A DNA stretch of 64,000 nucleotides, from positions 21,328,001-21,392,000 of the forward strand of contig JAGIQG010000022.1 of the NCBI GenBank assembly GCA_024679065.1. Direction: 5' to 3'. Of the stretch, positions 53,801-64,000 are shown in pieces. Source of the DNA: Sphyrna mokarran. Its lineage: Eukaryota. A program made the translations under genes and the position numbers. The notes under the pieces were generated by a model. The model searched no databases. It was not told where the DNA came from and worked only from the letters and a program-made list of their open reading frames with translations. Each line of letters begins with the position of its first letter. The stretch's first letter is position 1.

Positions 53801-54434
53801 AATATGCATTTTAGCATTAGGAGCTGTCAAAAAGGCAGGGGGAAGCATTTTTGTGAAGCAAGTATGGTTTATGTAGCCAAAATTAAAAAATAAGATACCA
53901 CAGAAGCTGATCTATATAAATTAGCCTCCAGATTTAAGCTGCTAGTAAGATAACAGGATAGGTAGTTGCAGCAGGGCCTTGGAAACATAACCTTGTATTT
54001 GGAGAATAACCTTTATGTGGAGTTGGGGGAGTGTGGGTTGGCAAGCAGGAATTGGTGGTGATTTGGGAGGAGAATATAGGGGTTTACTTTACCTTTTTGT
54101 TCCTTCTGGTTCTGAAGCACTGATTGTCAATATATTGAGAGCTTATACATGCCAGCAAACAGGAAATCCTATCTGATTTTTGTTCTTTTCTACATCTCAA
54201 AACTTGGACCGCTTGCTGTGCTCCAACTCTCAGCTAGCCTGGTAAACATAAACCAAGGATTGAAGTTGAGATTCTGCAAGGTTACTGCCATGCCAAAAGC
54301 TTTTATCTACCCACCAAGCCATTAGAAGGCTGTAATTTTGTTTTAAAATGGCCAGATTTTTCAGGTAACTAAACACAATGGCAATCTCCAAGAACTAATT
54401 GAGCATGTTTAAACATGCTAATAAGTTAGTTGCT

Positions 54435-55211
54435 ATCTGAAACAAAAACAGAAAATGCTAGAAAATCTCAGCAAATCTAACAGCATTTAGGGGGAGAGAA
54501 TAGAGCCAACATTTTGAGTCTAGATGCTAGATTTGTCAGAGCAAAGAGAATCAGCAGATATACTATGAGGGTGTGTTTGGGGGCGGAGAGAGAGACGGGG
54601 TGCGGAAGTGGAATAGAAGAAAGGGAATGTAAATGAGGATACAGAAGGTGTTAAAAGTGCCCATTAAGTGATCAGAATGTGTGAATGGCAGAAGAGGTAT
54701 AGATAGTTAAAGGATTGCCTGGGGATTATGGGCTGTTGCAGTGAGGAAAGGGGAAGGAGGTAAGAAGGCGAGTTGGAATGGAGAAGTGGAAAAATTGAAG
54801 TGGCAAAGGACGATAAAATGGATAAATGAGATGAAGCAAAATGAAATAAAATGAATGGAAATGGGGTGAATGTGGAGAAGAGAATTCATGTTCTGAAGCT
54901 GTTGAACTCACAGGCCGAGCCAGTCCCTTAATCTCTGTTCTGCCATTCTCTGATCATTTAATAGATGCTTTTAGCACTTTCTCAGCCTCCTGTATCCTCA
55001 TTTATACTCTCTTTATTCCATTCCCCACCCCTCACCCCACGCTGATAGTATAAATCTTTGCTGATTTTTTTTGATTTTCATTCTACTAGAGGGTCACCTA
55101 GACCTGAAACATTGGCTGTGTTCTGTCCACACAGATATTGTGAGATCCGCTGAGATTTTGCATCATTTTCCGTTTTTGTTCAGATTCCAGCATTCACAGC
55201 ATTTTGCCTTT
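54435..55211. mobile_element. Penelope-derived foldback element (long; arms of about 260 nt)
   Basis: 54435-54700 is the imperfect reverse complement of 54935-55185. Confidence 0.72.
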
Positions 55212-55379
55212 ATATATTTGCTATCTGAGTTGCTGTGCTTCTCCAAAAGCTGCATAAAAATGTTATCACACTGAGACACCCGCCATCGAGGGTACATGGA
55301 ACTGTTGCTGTAGATGTGTCATAAATACCCAGTAAACATACCAGAAGAAAATGGAATGTGCCCATTTCTGGGACAGTGA

Positions 55380-55665
55380 ATGTTTATTTAGTAGTCACAA
55401 GTAAGCCTACACTGATATTGCAATGAAGTTACGATGAAAATCCCCTAGATGCCATAGTCTGATGCCTGTTTGCATACACCTGAGGGAGAATTTAGCATAG
55501 CAAATGCACCTAACCATTGGACTGTGGAAGGAAACCGGACCACTTGAAGGAAACTCATGCAGACATGGGGAGAACATGCAGATTCCATACAGACAGTGAC
55601 CCAGGGAATTGAACCCAGGTCCTTAGTGCTGTGAAGTAACAGTGCTAAGCACTGTGCCACCGTGA
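55380..55665 (-). mobile_element. V-SINE/HE1-like SINE
   Basis: gagaatttagcatagcaaatgcacctaacc...gggaattgaacccaggtcc...cactgtgccaccgtg. Same subtype as 3385-3648. Confidence 0.82.
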
Positions 55666-58317
55666 CATGCCTCAATCACAGCCAAGCAACATCACTGGCA
55701 CTGAACATTAACTCTTATTAGTGTCATGTTTCATTTCTGCAATTTGTAATTATTGTTTGAGGTTTATTAGAAGTAGTCTTTTCTTTAGATCTCTCTTATT
55801 TCTATCTCTGTTAATCCCATTATCCCCACTTTATTTTGCTCTCTGTACTTGATTTATCAATGAATTAAATATTCTAATTTATGGTCCCTGGTTCACATGC
55901 TCAAAAGAACTCAATCTGGTTGGTTGAAGAGTTTGTCCCATTCACACAGGTCCCAAATCCCCTGCAAAGGGCTCTTCACTGAAATGAATTTAGAATCATC
56001 ACAGCTTCCAGTGCAAAATCTTGTCGAATGCTTGTGAACTAGTGCAAGCATTATGACACCTGGTGCCATTCATTTGCCACTAAATCTGGCCAGTGTTTTT
56101 TAAACGTGCCTCCAATTTGTCAAATTCTTCAAGTATACACTTGTACCACAGATACAGCTTGGATATCTGTAGAGAGGGTCCATCAATCTGTCCTATTACT
56201 TTAACACTGTTTCGTGTGCCTTTGTGAGTGGCACTGGAGCTAATGACATAAGATGCACAGAGTATATATCATACAGCAATGCTTTACGGACAACTAACTT
56301 AATGTTAGAGGAGCACAGATGTGAGTGCCAGTTATCTATTCAGCATTGAAATCATTCTAAACTTATTTATCCTGCGGACTGCCTGAGCAGTTCTTTATTG
56401 CAGCATTGCACCAACAGTGCTGCTGGAAAAGCAAGCCTAAAATATAAAAAGAAAGCCTGCAAATGCTGGAAATCTGACTTAGTAACAGAAAATTCAGATC
56501 AGTTGGTATCTGTAAAGACACATCAGTGTTTCAGGATGTATACCTTTTGTTAGAACTGTATTTTCAATGTTTACTGTTGTGAAATCAAAACCAGTTAGCC
56601 TGCACACGAGGAGAGACCTAATAGCTCTTTTGTTCAGTCAGGAATCAGATTGCTGACAAGTTACATTGTCACTTTGGAGTTGAATGTCATCCTGAATTGA
56701 AGTCGCAGCATCCAGTGACAGTCTCAAAGATGATTTTGGCAAACCACGTGCTTGAGCTGAATCAGGATGTGTGGCCGTTGCAGCATTGTCCGCCCCGAGA
56801 CTCAATTGCTGACTTTGCATCCTGGCCGTCCCCTAATGAAAACCTACCTTGCAAAGCTCCCCAAGATGATGACCTTGCCACTTTCAGTAGGTCTCTGAGG
56901 AGCTTGTAGCCAAATGGATTCACAGTGTGCACTTAAACAAAATTGGAAGAAAATTAAAAAGAGTCAGCCACCTGACCAACTCAGCATTGAAGAAAATACA
57001 GAGTCCTGTTAAGCGCAAGACTCTGTCCTGAGGTTGTAAAAGGCTCAGCGGTTTTACTTCGTAGTGTCTATATGATAGATGAGGGCCAAATCAAAAAAGG
57101 TATGCTCTTCACCGAAAGGCACCCTCTCACATTTGACTTCAAGCTATGTGTACGAGTTTGTGCTATTTTCCAGTTGCTATTGGGAAGAACATCCTCATAA
57201 AACTAAGAGAAAAGGAGGTTATTTGGTATGCTGACAAAGATCTTGTACTTGCTAGACTCCAGAGCAACATATAGCTTATTGGATGCAGCTGGAGGTGTAT
57301 AGTAATTGAGGACCAAAGCAAGAGTCGGAGAGAACCGATCTATCAATTGACTGTTTACTGCAAGGGCTCTACAAGCTCACTTCTGTATCACAGCTGGGCT
57401 GATTGTTCATTGTCTTTGAATGTCTCTAACATGTTTTATAACACAGGTAAAACTACACAATTTGTACAACTTAATAAGACAGAAAAGACCTTCAGTGGGC
57501 AACGTCAGATGCTGCAAATTTGCCCCAGTTAGTTAATGTCAACTTGTTCCTTTGGGAAGCAAAAACTCTATGGCTAATATCACGAAAAAATTAATTCCTC
57601 TGCAAGGCAAGCTGTCTACAAGATGCATTGTTAAAAGTGCTTAAGTAGCAACCCCTCTACAGTATGTCTCATTTTCCTTGAGAACTTTTCTTTTGTAAAT
57701 TGCTGTCAGCACAAAAAGTTCTGTAAGATTCTTGTTTCTAATCCCGAATTTCACCATTCCTCTTCTGAAATTGTTGATTCCTGGTGCTGCTCAGTTTTGT
57801 GAGTGCAGGCAGCCCTTCACTGCCTTGTCTAAAAGTGAACCCTTGTCATGTGAGGCCACTTCCATTCTCAGTGACAACAATTTTTGCTGGCGTGAGATAA
57901 GGGTGCAGGGAGCAAGCCCAAACCCTATGTTGCTGACCTAGCAACATTGCATGGGTAGAAGGGTACCCCTCACAATGGGTGGCTTGTGGTTCATGATCCC
58001 TCAGGAGAGCTGTGAACCATAATTAGGATTTGGGAAAATTAAGTGGAACGAGGCCCTTTATATTGAAGCAGGTCTGCCGAGTCAGGAAATTTCCCAATTC
58101 AAGCCAACTGCCTCAGCAGCCCGTTCATTTCCAAAATTAATTCCCGTCTCTACTTGAACAACCAGGCAAACTGGATAAAACCCCACTGTTAATGGACTTC
58201 TTCATTGTAAGTGTCTTTAAATTTCATTGTAACATAGTTAGAGTTGAACCTGAAGATTGTCACTCACTTCTGGTAACATGTCAAAAATGGATCACTAAAA
58301 ATCTCTCCCCTTTCCAG

Positions 58318-58454
58318 GCCTACCTGTGGGATGACAATAAGGATGTCGTAGAATGGCTGGAAAAACAGCTACTGGAGGAGGAAGGAGCTCGCTCAGTTAT
58401 TGATGAGAACATCAAGTACATCTGCAGAGATTATATTCTCAAACAGATCCGAAG
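58318..58454 (+). CDS. ACACA: ACACA coding exon (137 nt): AYLWDDNKDVVEWLEKQLLEEEGARSVIDENIKYICRDYILKQIR
   Basis: Acceptor ctcccctttccAG, donor AG|gtgaga. Confidence 0.96.
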
Positions 58455-58679
58455 GTGAGATTCATTCTGATTTTGCTCTTTACAAATAGTCCAAAAACTG
58501 TTCATTTTTAAGATTACTGATATTGCAGTTTATAAATATCTCTCTCTCATATTAAAACGGCCTTTTCAGCATTAATCACACTTTGAATGGAAAGAAAGGG
58601 CACAAAACTAACAGGGGATAAAAGTTCTTCATGCTTTTATAGTTGTTTCCTGGAAAATTTGAGACAATCAAAAAGCTCT

Positions 58680-60340
58680 TTAGAACATAGAACACTACAG
58701 CACAAACAGGCCCTTCCGCCCACAAGTTGTGCTGATCATATCTATACCTACCAGGCCATAGAACTATCTGTAACTCCTAATCCCATTAAATCCCATGTAC
58801 TCATCCAGAAGTCTCTTAAAAGACCCCAGCAAGTTCGCCTGTGCCACCACTGACGGCAACCGATTCCATTCGCTCACCACCCTCTCAGTGGAAAAACTTA
58901 CCTTTAACATCTCCTCTGTACTTGCCCCCCAGCACCTTAAATCTGTGTCCTCTCGTAGCGACCATTTCAGCCGTGGGAAATAGGGTGGATTCTCGGAGGC
59001 TGTCTATTCCTCTCAACATCTTATAAACTTCTATCAGGTTGCCTCTCAACCTTCGTCTTTCCAGGGAAATTAGTCCTAGCTCTCTCAACCTACCTTCATA
59101 AGGCCTGCCCCCCAATCCAGGCAACATCCTTGTAAATCTCCTCTGCATCCTCTCAATAGTTTCCACATCCTTCCTATAGTGAGGCAACCAGAACTGCGCA
59201 CAGTACTCCAAGTGGGGTCTGACAAGGGTCTTATAAAGTTGCAACATTACCTCCCGACTCCTAAACTCAATCCCTTTATTAATGAAAGCAAGTACACCAT
59301 ATGCCTTCTCGACCACATCCTCCACTTGCGGGGCAGATTTAAGAGTGCTATGGACCCGGACTCCAAGATCCTTCTGCTCCTCAACGCTGCCAAGACTCTT
59401 ACCCTTGATATTATATTGCTTCATCCCAAAATGGACCACCACACATTTATCCGCATTGAAGTCCATCTGCCACTTCTCCGCCCAGTCTTGCATCCTATCA
59501 ATGTCTCGCTGCAACTTCAGACATCCCTCCAGACTATCCACAACACCACCAACCTTTGTTTCGTCGGCAAGCTTACTAACCCATCCTCCACTTCCTCATC
59601 CAGGTCATTTATGAAAATGACAAACAGCAAGAGTCCTAGAACAGATCCCTGGGGCACTCCACTGGTGTCTGACCTCCATGCAGAAGAAGACCCATCCACA
59701 ACTACTCTCTGCCCTCTGCAGGCAAGCCAGTTCTGGATCCACAAGGCCAAAACTCCTTGGATCCCATGCCCTCTCACCTTCTCAAGAAGTCTTGCATGGG
59801 GGATCTTATCAAACGCCTTGCTGAAATCCACGTAAACCACGTCCATTGCTCTTCCTTCGTCAATGTGTTCAGTCACGTTTTCGAAGAATTCAACTAGGCT
59901 CGTAAGGCATAATCTGCCCTTAACAAAGCCGTGTTGACTATTCCTAATCATGTTGAATTTCTCTAAATGCTTATAAATCCTATCTCTCAGAACCCTCTCC
60001 ATCAACTTACCGACCACTGAGGTCAGACTCACTGGTCGGTAATTGCCCGGGCTATCCCTGTTCCCCTTCTTAAAAATAGGCACCACATCTGCAATCCTCC
60101 AATCTTCTGGAACCTCTCCTGTCTCCATCGATGATGCAAAGATCATCGCCAGGGGCTCTGCAATCACTTCCCTCACCTCCCATAGTAACTTGGGGGTACA
60201 TCCCATCTGGACCCGGCGACTTATCTACCTTGATGGAATTTAACAGTTCCAACACCACCTCTTTCTTAATGTTCACATACTCAATCTTTTCAGTATGCTG
60301 TATTCCTGTAGTACTGCTATCCAATTTTTTTAGACCTCTT
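58680..60340 (-). mobile_element. Relatively young, 5'-truncated CR1 LINE with frameshifted ORF2 RT
   Basis: ORFs 60070-60348, 59517-60206 and 58885-59541 give [50 protein letters not shown] and RPHLEYCAQFW; 3' tail at about 58680. Confidence 0.95.
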
Positions 60341-61314
60341 TCAAACATTTACTCTATTCTCCAACTCATGGGCAAGGCCACAGAAGATCCAACAATTTGG
60401 GGTGAGGGTGTTGGAATTGGGCAATGTGGACTTTACTGACTTTTTTTAACCTTGTACAAACTAAATAGTTCAGTATTTTGTGTACATCAATGCCACTGAG
60501 TATGCAGTTATCAGGAACCCTCTGCAGGCAGTGCAGAGATAAACGCACTGTCCATTAAACCTGTTCCCAAACATTTTTCCAGCATAGCTTTGATTTATGG
60601 ACGGTCTTGCAATTTGATTTTTTTTCTCTTGGGGTCTCGCACAGCAAAGTATTAATTTTCAGTTGAATTATAGGTGTGCGAACTAAATCGGACATTAGAA
60701 AATCAGAAAGACAAAAGAGATGGGGAAACAGTCGAGAGGAATCCCGAAGTGTGTTGATTATAGTTCTTGCAGATCTTCACCACAATCCTCACTCACCCCT
60801 AGGCAGTCGTCATCATATTCTGGGATGGGTGATGCACCATAGCATTTGAAAATCACTTGATGGTTAAACTAAAAGTTGGCATTAAGTTGTGACAGCCACT
60901 GGCAGTTGGGAGATGATAGTGATTGCATTGTAGACTTAACTGGATGGATGGTAAAATGCTGCAGGTGTTAAAATAGTCTTGTTGAAATAGGTATTCCTGG
61001 CTGTTCTGGAACCTCACTATAATAATGATCGCTCATTAAGAACAAGCAACTCTGGTGTAATGCACAGTCTGTTCACAGCGCAGCTGTCCACTGTTGCTCT
61101 TGAGGATTTCTGGGTTCCAAATGTATTCCGATTTAAATCGCATCACTTGTGCTAATCGTACATTTTATGTCCTGTTGTTTTTAATCTATTGTAAGTAAAT
61201 TAAGTCTTTTTTTTAATCGCAATTGTAATTGTTGCATTTTGTAATGTTGTCAGTCAGAAGATGATTGCTAAGCTCACAGAAAGCAATGATTTGATTGTAC
61301 TTTTGTCTTTGCAG

Positions 61315-61441
61315 TCTGGTGCAGGCCAATCCTGAGGTTGCCATGGATTCTATTGTTCACATGACCCAACACATCTCACCTACTCAGAGAGCCGAAATTG
61401 TCCGCATTCTCTCAACAATGGATGCCCCTGCTTCAACATAG
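61315..61441 (+). CDS. ACACA: ACACA terminal coding exon: (S)[41 protein letters not shown]
   Basis: Acceptor ttttgtctttgcAG; stop TAG at 61439-61441. Matches the vertebrate ACC1 C-terminus. Confidence 0.97.
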
Positions 61442-63423
61442 GGGACACGCGGACTGGATTCTGCATGGAGCTGGCCGTTCCATCGCAACGGCCAAGGATG
61501 ACAGTCAAGGATGTGGAGGGCGTTCCGGAGTGCGGATACTCGAGCACAGAAATATGGACACTGCCGCACAGAAACAATCGTAACTTTTTTTATTTGTATC
61601 TGAGATGTAAGAAAAGGAACAATTTTTAATTTGATCAGATGTAGATTTTTGATGTGATAAGAAAAATGTATGCATTCCTGGCATTGGTTTGCACCCTGAA
61701 CTCTAGTCCTCATGAAAGGTACTGAAGATGCCTTAAAGATAAAGTTTTCACATTTGCTGGTCCATAATATTCTCATCAAGCTGCCAGCAATCAGATCTAT
61801 AAATACTGTTCTCTGTTCTTTTGCAGGCATAACATGACGGCACACCTCATGAAGGGCATGTAGTACATTGTGGTGTGCAGTGCTAGTTAATCATGCAATT
61901 GATGTTGAGTGGTTTGCAGAAATATTTTAACATTTCGTCATGTAATCAGCTACCTTCACCAACCTGAACTGCTGCTGTAATTTATTTTTTAAAAGAAAAA
62001 TTAAAAATAGGGACTGACTCGACAGAATAGTTCAGCGGCCAAGGGAAAGTTACATCCACCCCCACAATTTGCCATTGACTTAAAAGTCTCTGAGAAACAT
62101 TGTGCAGATATGCAGAGACAGAGGGGTAGGGTCGATTATGCTAGTGCAGAAAAGATGCCCATTACATTAAGCCTCATTAATGAATTAGTGTGTACACCAG
62201 AAGGTGAAGATGTGAGTATTTGAGATTCTCCCATTAAAATTAAAAACAACATCAGATAGTTTGTTTCCAACTATGTTGCAAATTAAAATTTCATTGGTGC
62301 ATGCTGCTGGTTAAGTGGCAGGTAGGTCTAAAGGATGCTGATATAGATGGGCCAATTTTAGGGGAAAGGATTTATTGAGGGAGGAGGAGCAGTGGTCATT
62401 TTCAGCGCCAGCTATTTTAATTTGATTTGCAGGAGGGCAAAATTACAATTTCATATTTACCATGAGCGCAATAATTGCCAAATCCAACATGGAGACTTGA
62501 GAATAACACCAGTAATGAAATGTCAGGAGGAATCTTTGAAAGAAAAGCATCAGCATTTTCTCCTTGGCCTGGGTGCTGAAAGAAGGTTTCGCAGTTTGAA
62601 TGTGCAAAGATGTCAGCATGAGGGGGACTGTTTAAATAGACAGAGAAAACGTTGTTCACTGCAGCATTAATAAACACTTCAGTTTAACCCTTTCCTCAGT
62701 GTTCTCCTGAAGGACTTAACAGTGCACCTAGAATCAGTCCAAAAGAATTGGTAGCTTTAAATCACTTCCCACCATTTGTAATATTTTGCAGCCATGGTAA
62801 ATGTTTCTATTGTCTGGCAGTGTGTGACTTTTAAGGAAACAAAAAAAAGTACATTTAATAAGAATCTAAATATTTAGTTTGCACTATGTATCATGTCTAA
62901 AATAATAGTAACCAGGTCTGGAAGAGCTCCTCTAAAGATCTGTTGTATAATCTCGGGCCAGGGTCTTCAAGCAGATTTTAAGCGTGTTGGGTGGGATGGT
63001 CATTAGTTACCTTGCTCAAGTAGAACAGCAATTGTTTGCACTTTCACCTCTATTTTACTTGGCTACTTTTAAAATTGATATAACTACACAAACTATCAAA
63101 GGCCAGTCAAAAGAAGTTTTTGTGACAGCAATATAGCAATAGGGGGCATCCTCAGATTCAGTGGTCCCAATTTCCTGACCTAACCTGACATGCTCCATCT
63201 ACACGAGAGAGATAAAAGCTGGAGGGTCATGGCAGGCCCATTTAAGGTGCAACTCCTTAAATCTCTCATTCATGAAAGGACAGGAACGACTTGCCTTTAT
63301 GGTAAGACACCTTATCGCTCACTTCAGAGCAGTATGTAAGTGGAGGGCGACCTTAGGATTGAGTGACCAAGAAGATCAGAGAAGTCGGGGGATAAAGAGG
63401 AATTCACACCTTCACTAAATAAA
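61442..63423 (+). other. Probable ACACA 3' UTR, end uncertain; candidate AATAAA signals at 62669-62674 and 63418-63423
   Basis: Lies downstream of the stop codon, is repeat-poor and contains two AATAAA hexamers. The true cleavage site cannot be determined from sequence alone. Confidence 0.45.
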
Positions 63424-64000
63424 GTGAAGATTCAGATTTATGCAGTCTGAGGATTTTGAACCTTTGTGCAAAACAAGATAGTGGTTCAGACCAAAACTAT
63501 AATCTCTGTCTTTCGCATATTCTGTTCACACTGTTATAACCATCCAGTTTAGACACCAAAAAAAGACTATGCTGACCTCCATTTAAAAGACTGCCTGTTG
63601 ATATCTGTTAGGATGATGCTTTTGAACACTTGCTGGAGGAATATCTTTTCTAAGCAATTGGAGCAAAATCTGAAACTTATTTGTAAAGAATGGGTTTACG
63701 ATTTTAATGCAGCTAATGTTTAGAGAATTTCTTTCCCAGTATTGTAAATAGGTCAAATGTTCACTGGGGCCATTTTTTTGAATGCGTTCCTGTAATTTTA
63801 ACTGCAAACAGCATCTGTTCAACTTTAGGCAAGCTTCATAATGAATTACTTATTTCACAGAGCTTTTTTTTTCTTTGCAGTAATGCCCAATGATTTTTGC
63901 TTGGGCTTTGTAACTAATTATTATCTTTTAAGTGTATTGCATATGTAGAGTACTAACTGTGTATTGAATGTCCCCACTGATATAACTCATGCTTAGGTTT

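Noticed and set aside
59179-59835. 218-aa and 110-aa plus-strand ORFs
   Set aside because: They are antisense shadows of the CR1 RT on the minus strand.
61384-61845. 153-aa antisense ORF over the last exon and UTR
   Set aside because: No recognisable homology, and partly explained by overlap with coding and GC-rich sequence.
1-64000. CRISPR arrays, operons, rRNA or other prokaryotic/viral systems
   Set aside because: No regularly spaced repeats or dense ORFs. The window is a spliced vertebrate gene with transposon relics.

Overview
Vertebrate genomic DNA, AT-rich and CpG-depleted, with a repeat set typical of sharks (elasmobranchs). The window holds the last nine coding exons of acetyl-CoA carboxylase alpha (ACACA/ACC1) on the + strand, 4178-61441. 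All introns are GT-AG and the phases are consistent. The exons total 1211 nt, encode the carboxyltransferase C-terminal region and end in ...STMDAPAST*. Introns of 1.7-18.7 kb are filled with decayed transposons: CR1-group and RTE LINEs, V-SINE/HE1-like and Deu-like SINEs, a Gypsy LTR relic that keeps both LTRs, hAT and Harbinger-like MITEs, and Penelope-derived foldback elements with decayed hammerhead-ribozyme cores. Several repeat-free intronic blocks are rich in PBX-HOX, MEIS, SOX and homeodomain motifs. These are candidate long-range enhancers, since in human ACACA lies next to AATF and LHX1. I found no convincing new protein-coding system. The best leads are non-coding and are labelled as hypotheses. 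Exon coordinates are exact; repeat boundaries are approximate, and family names come from recognition rather than a database search.
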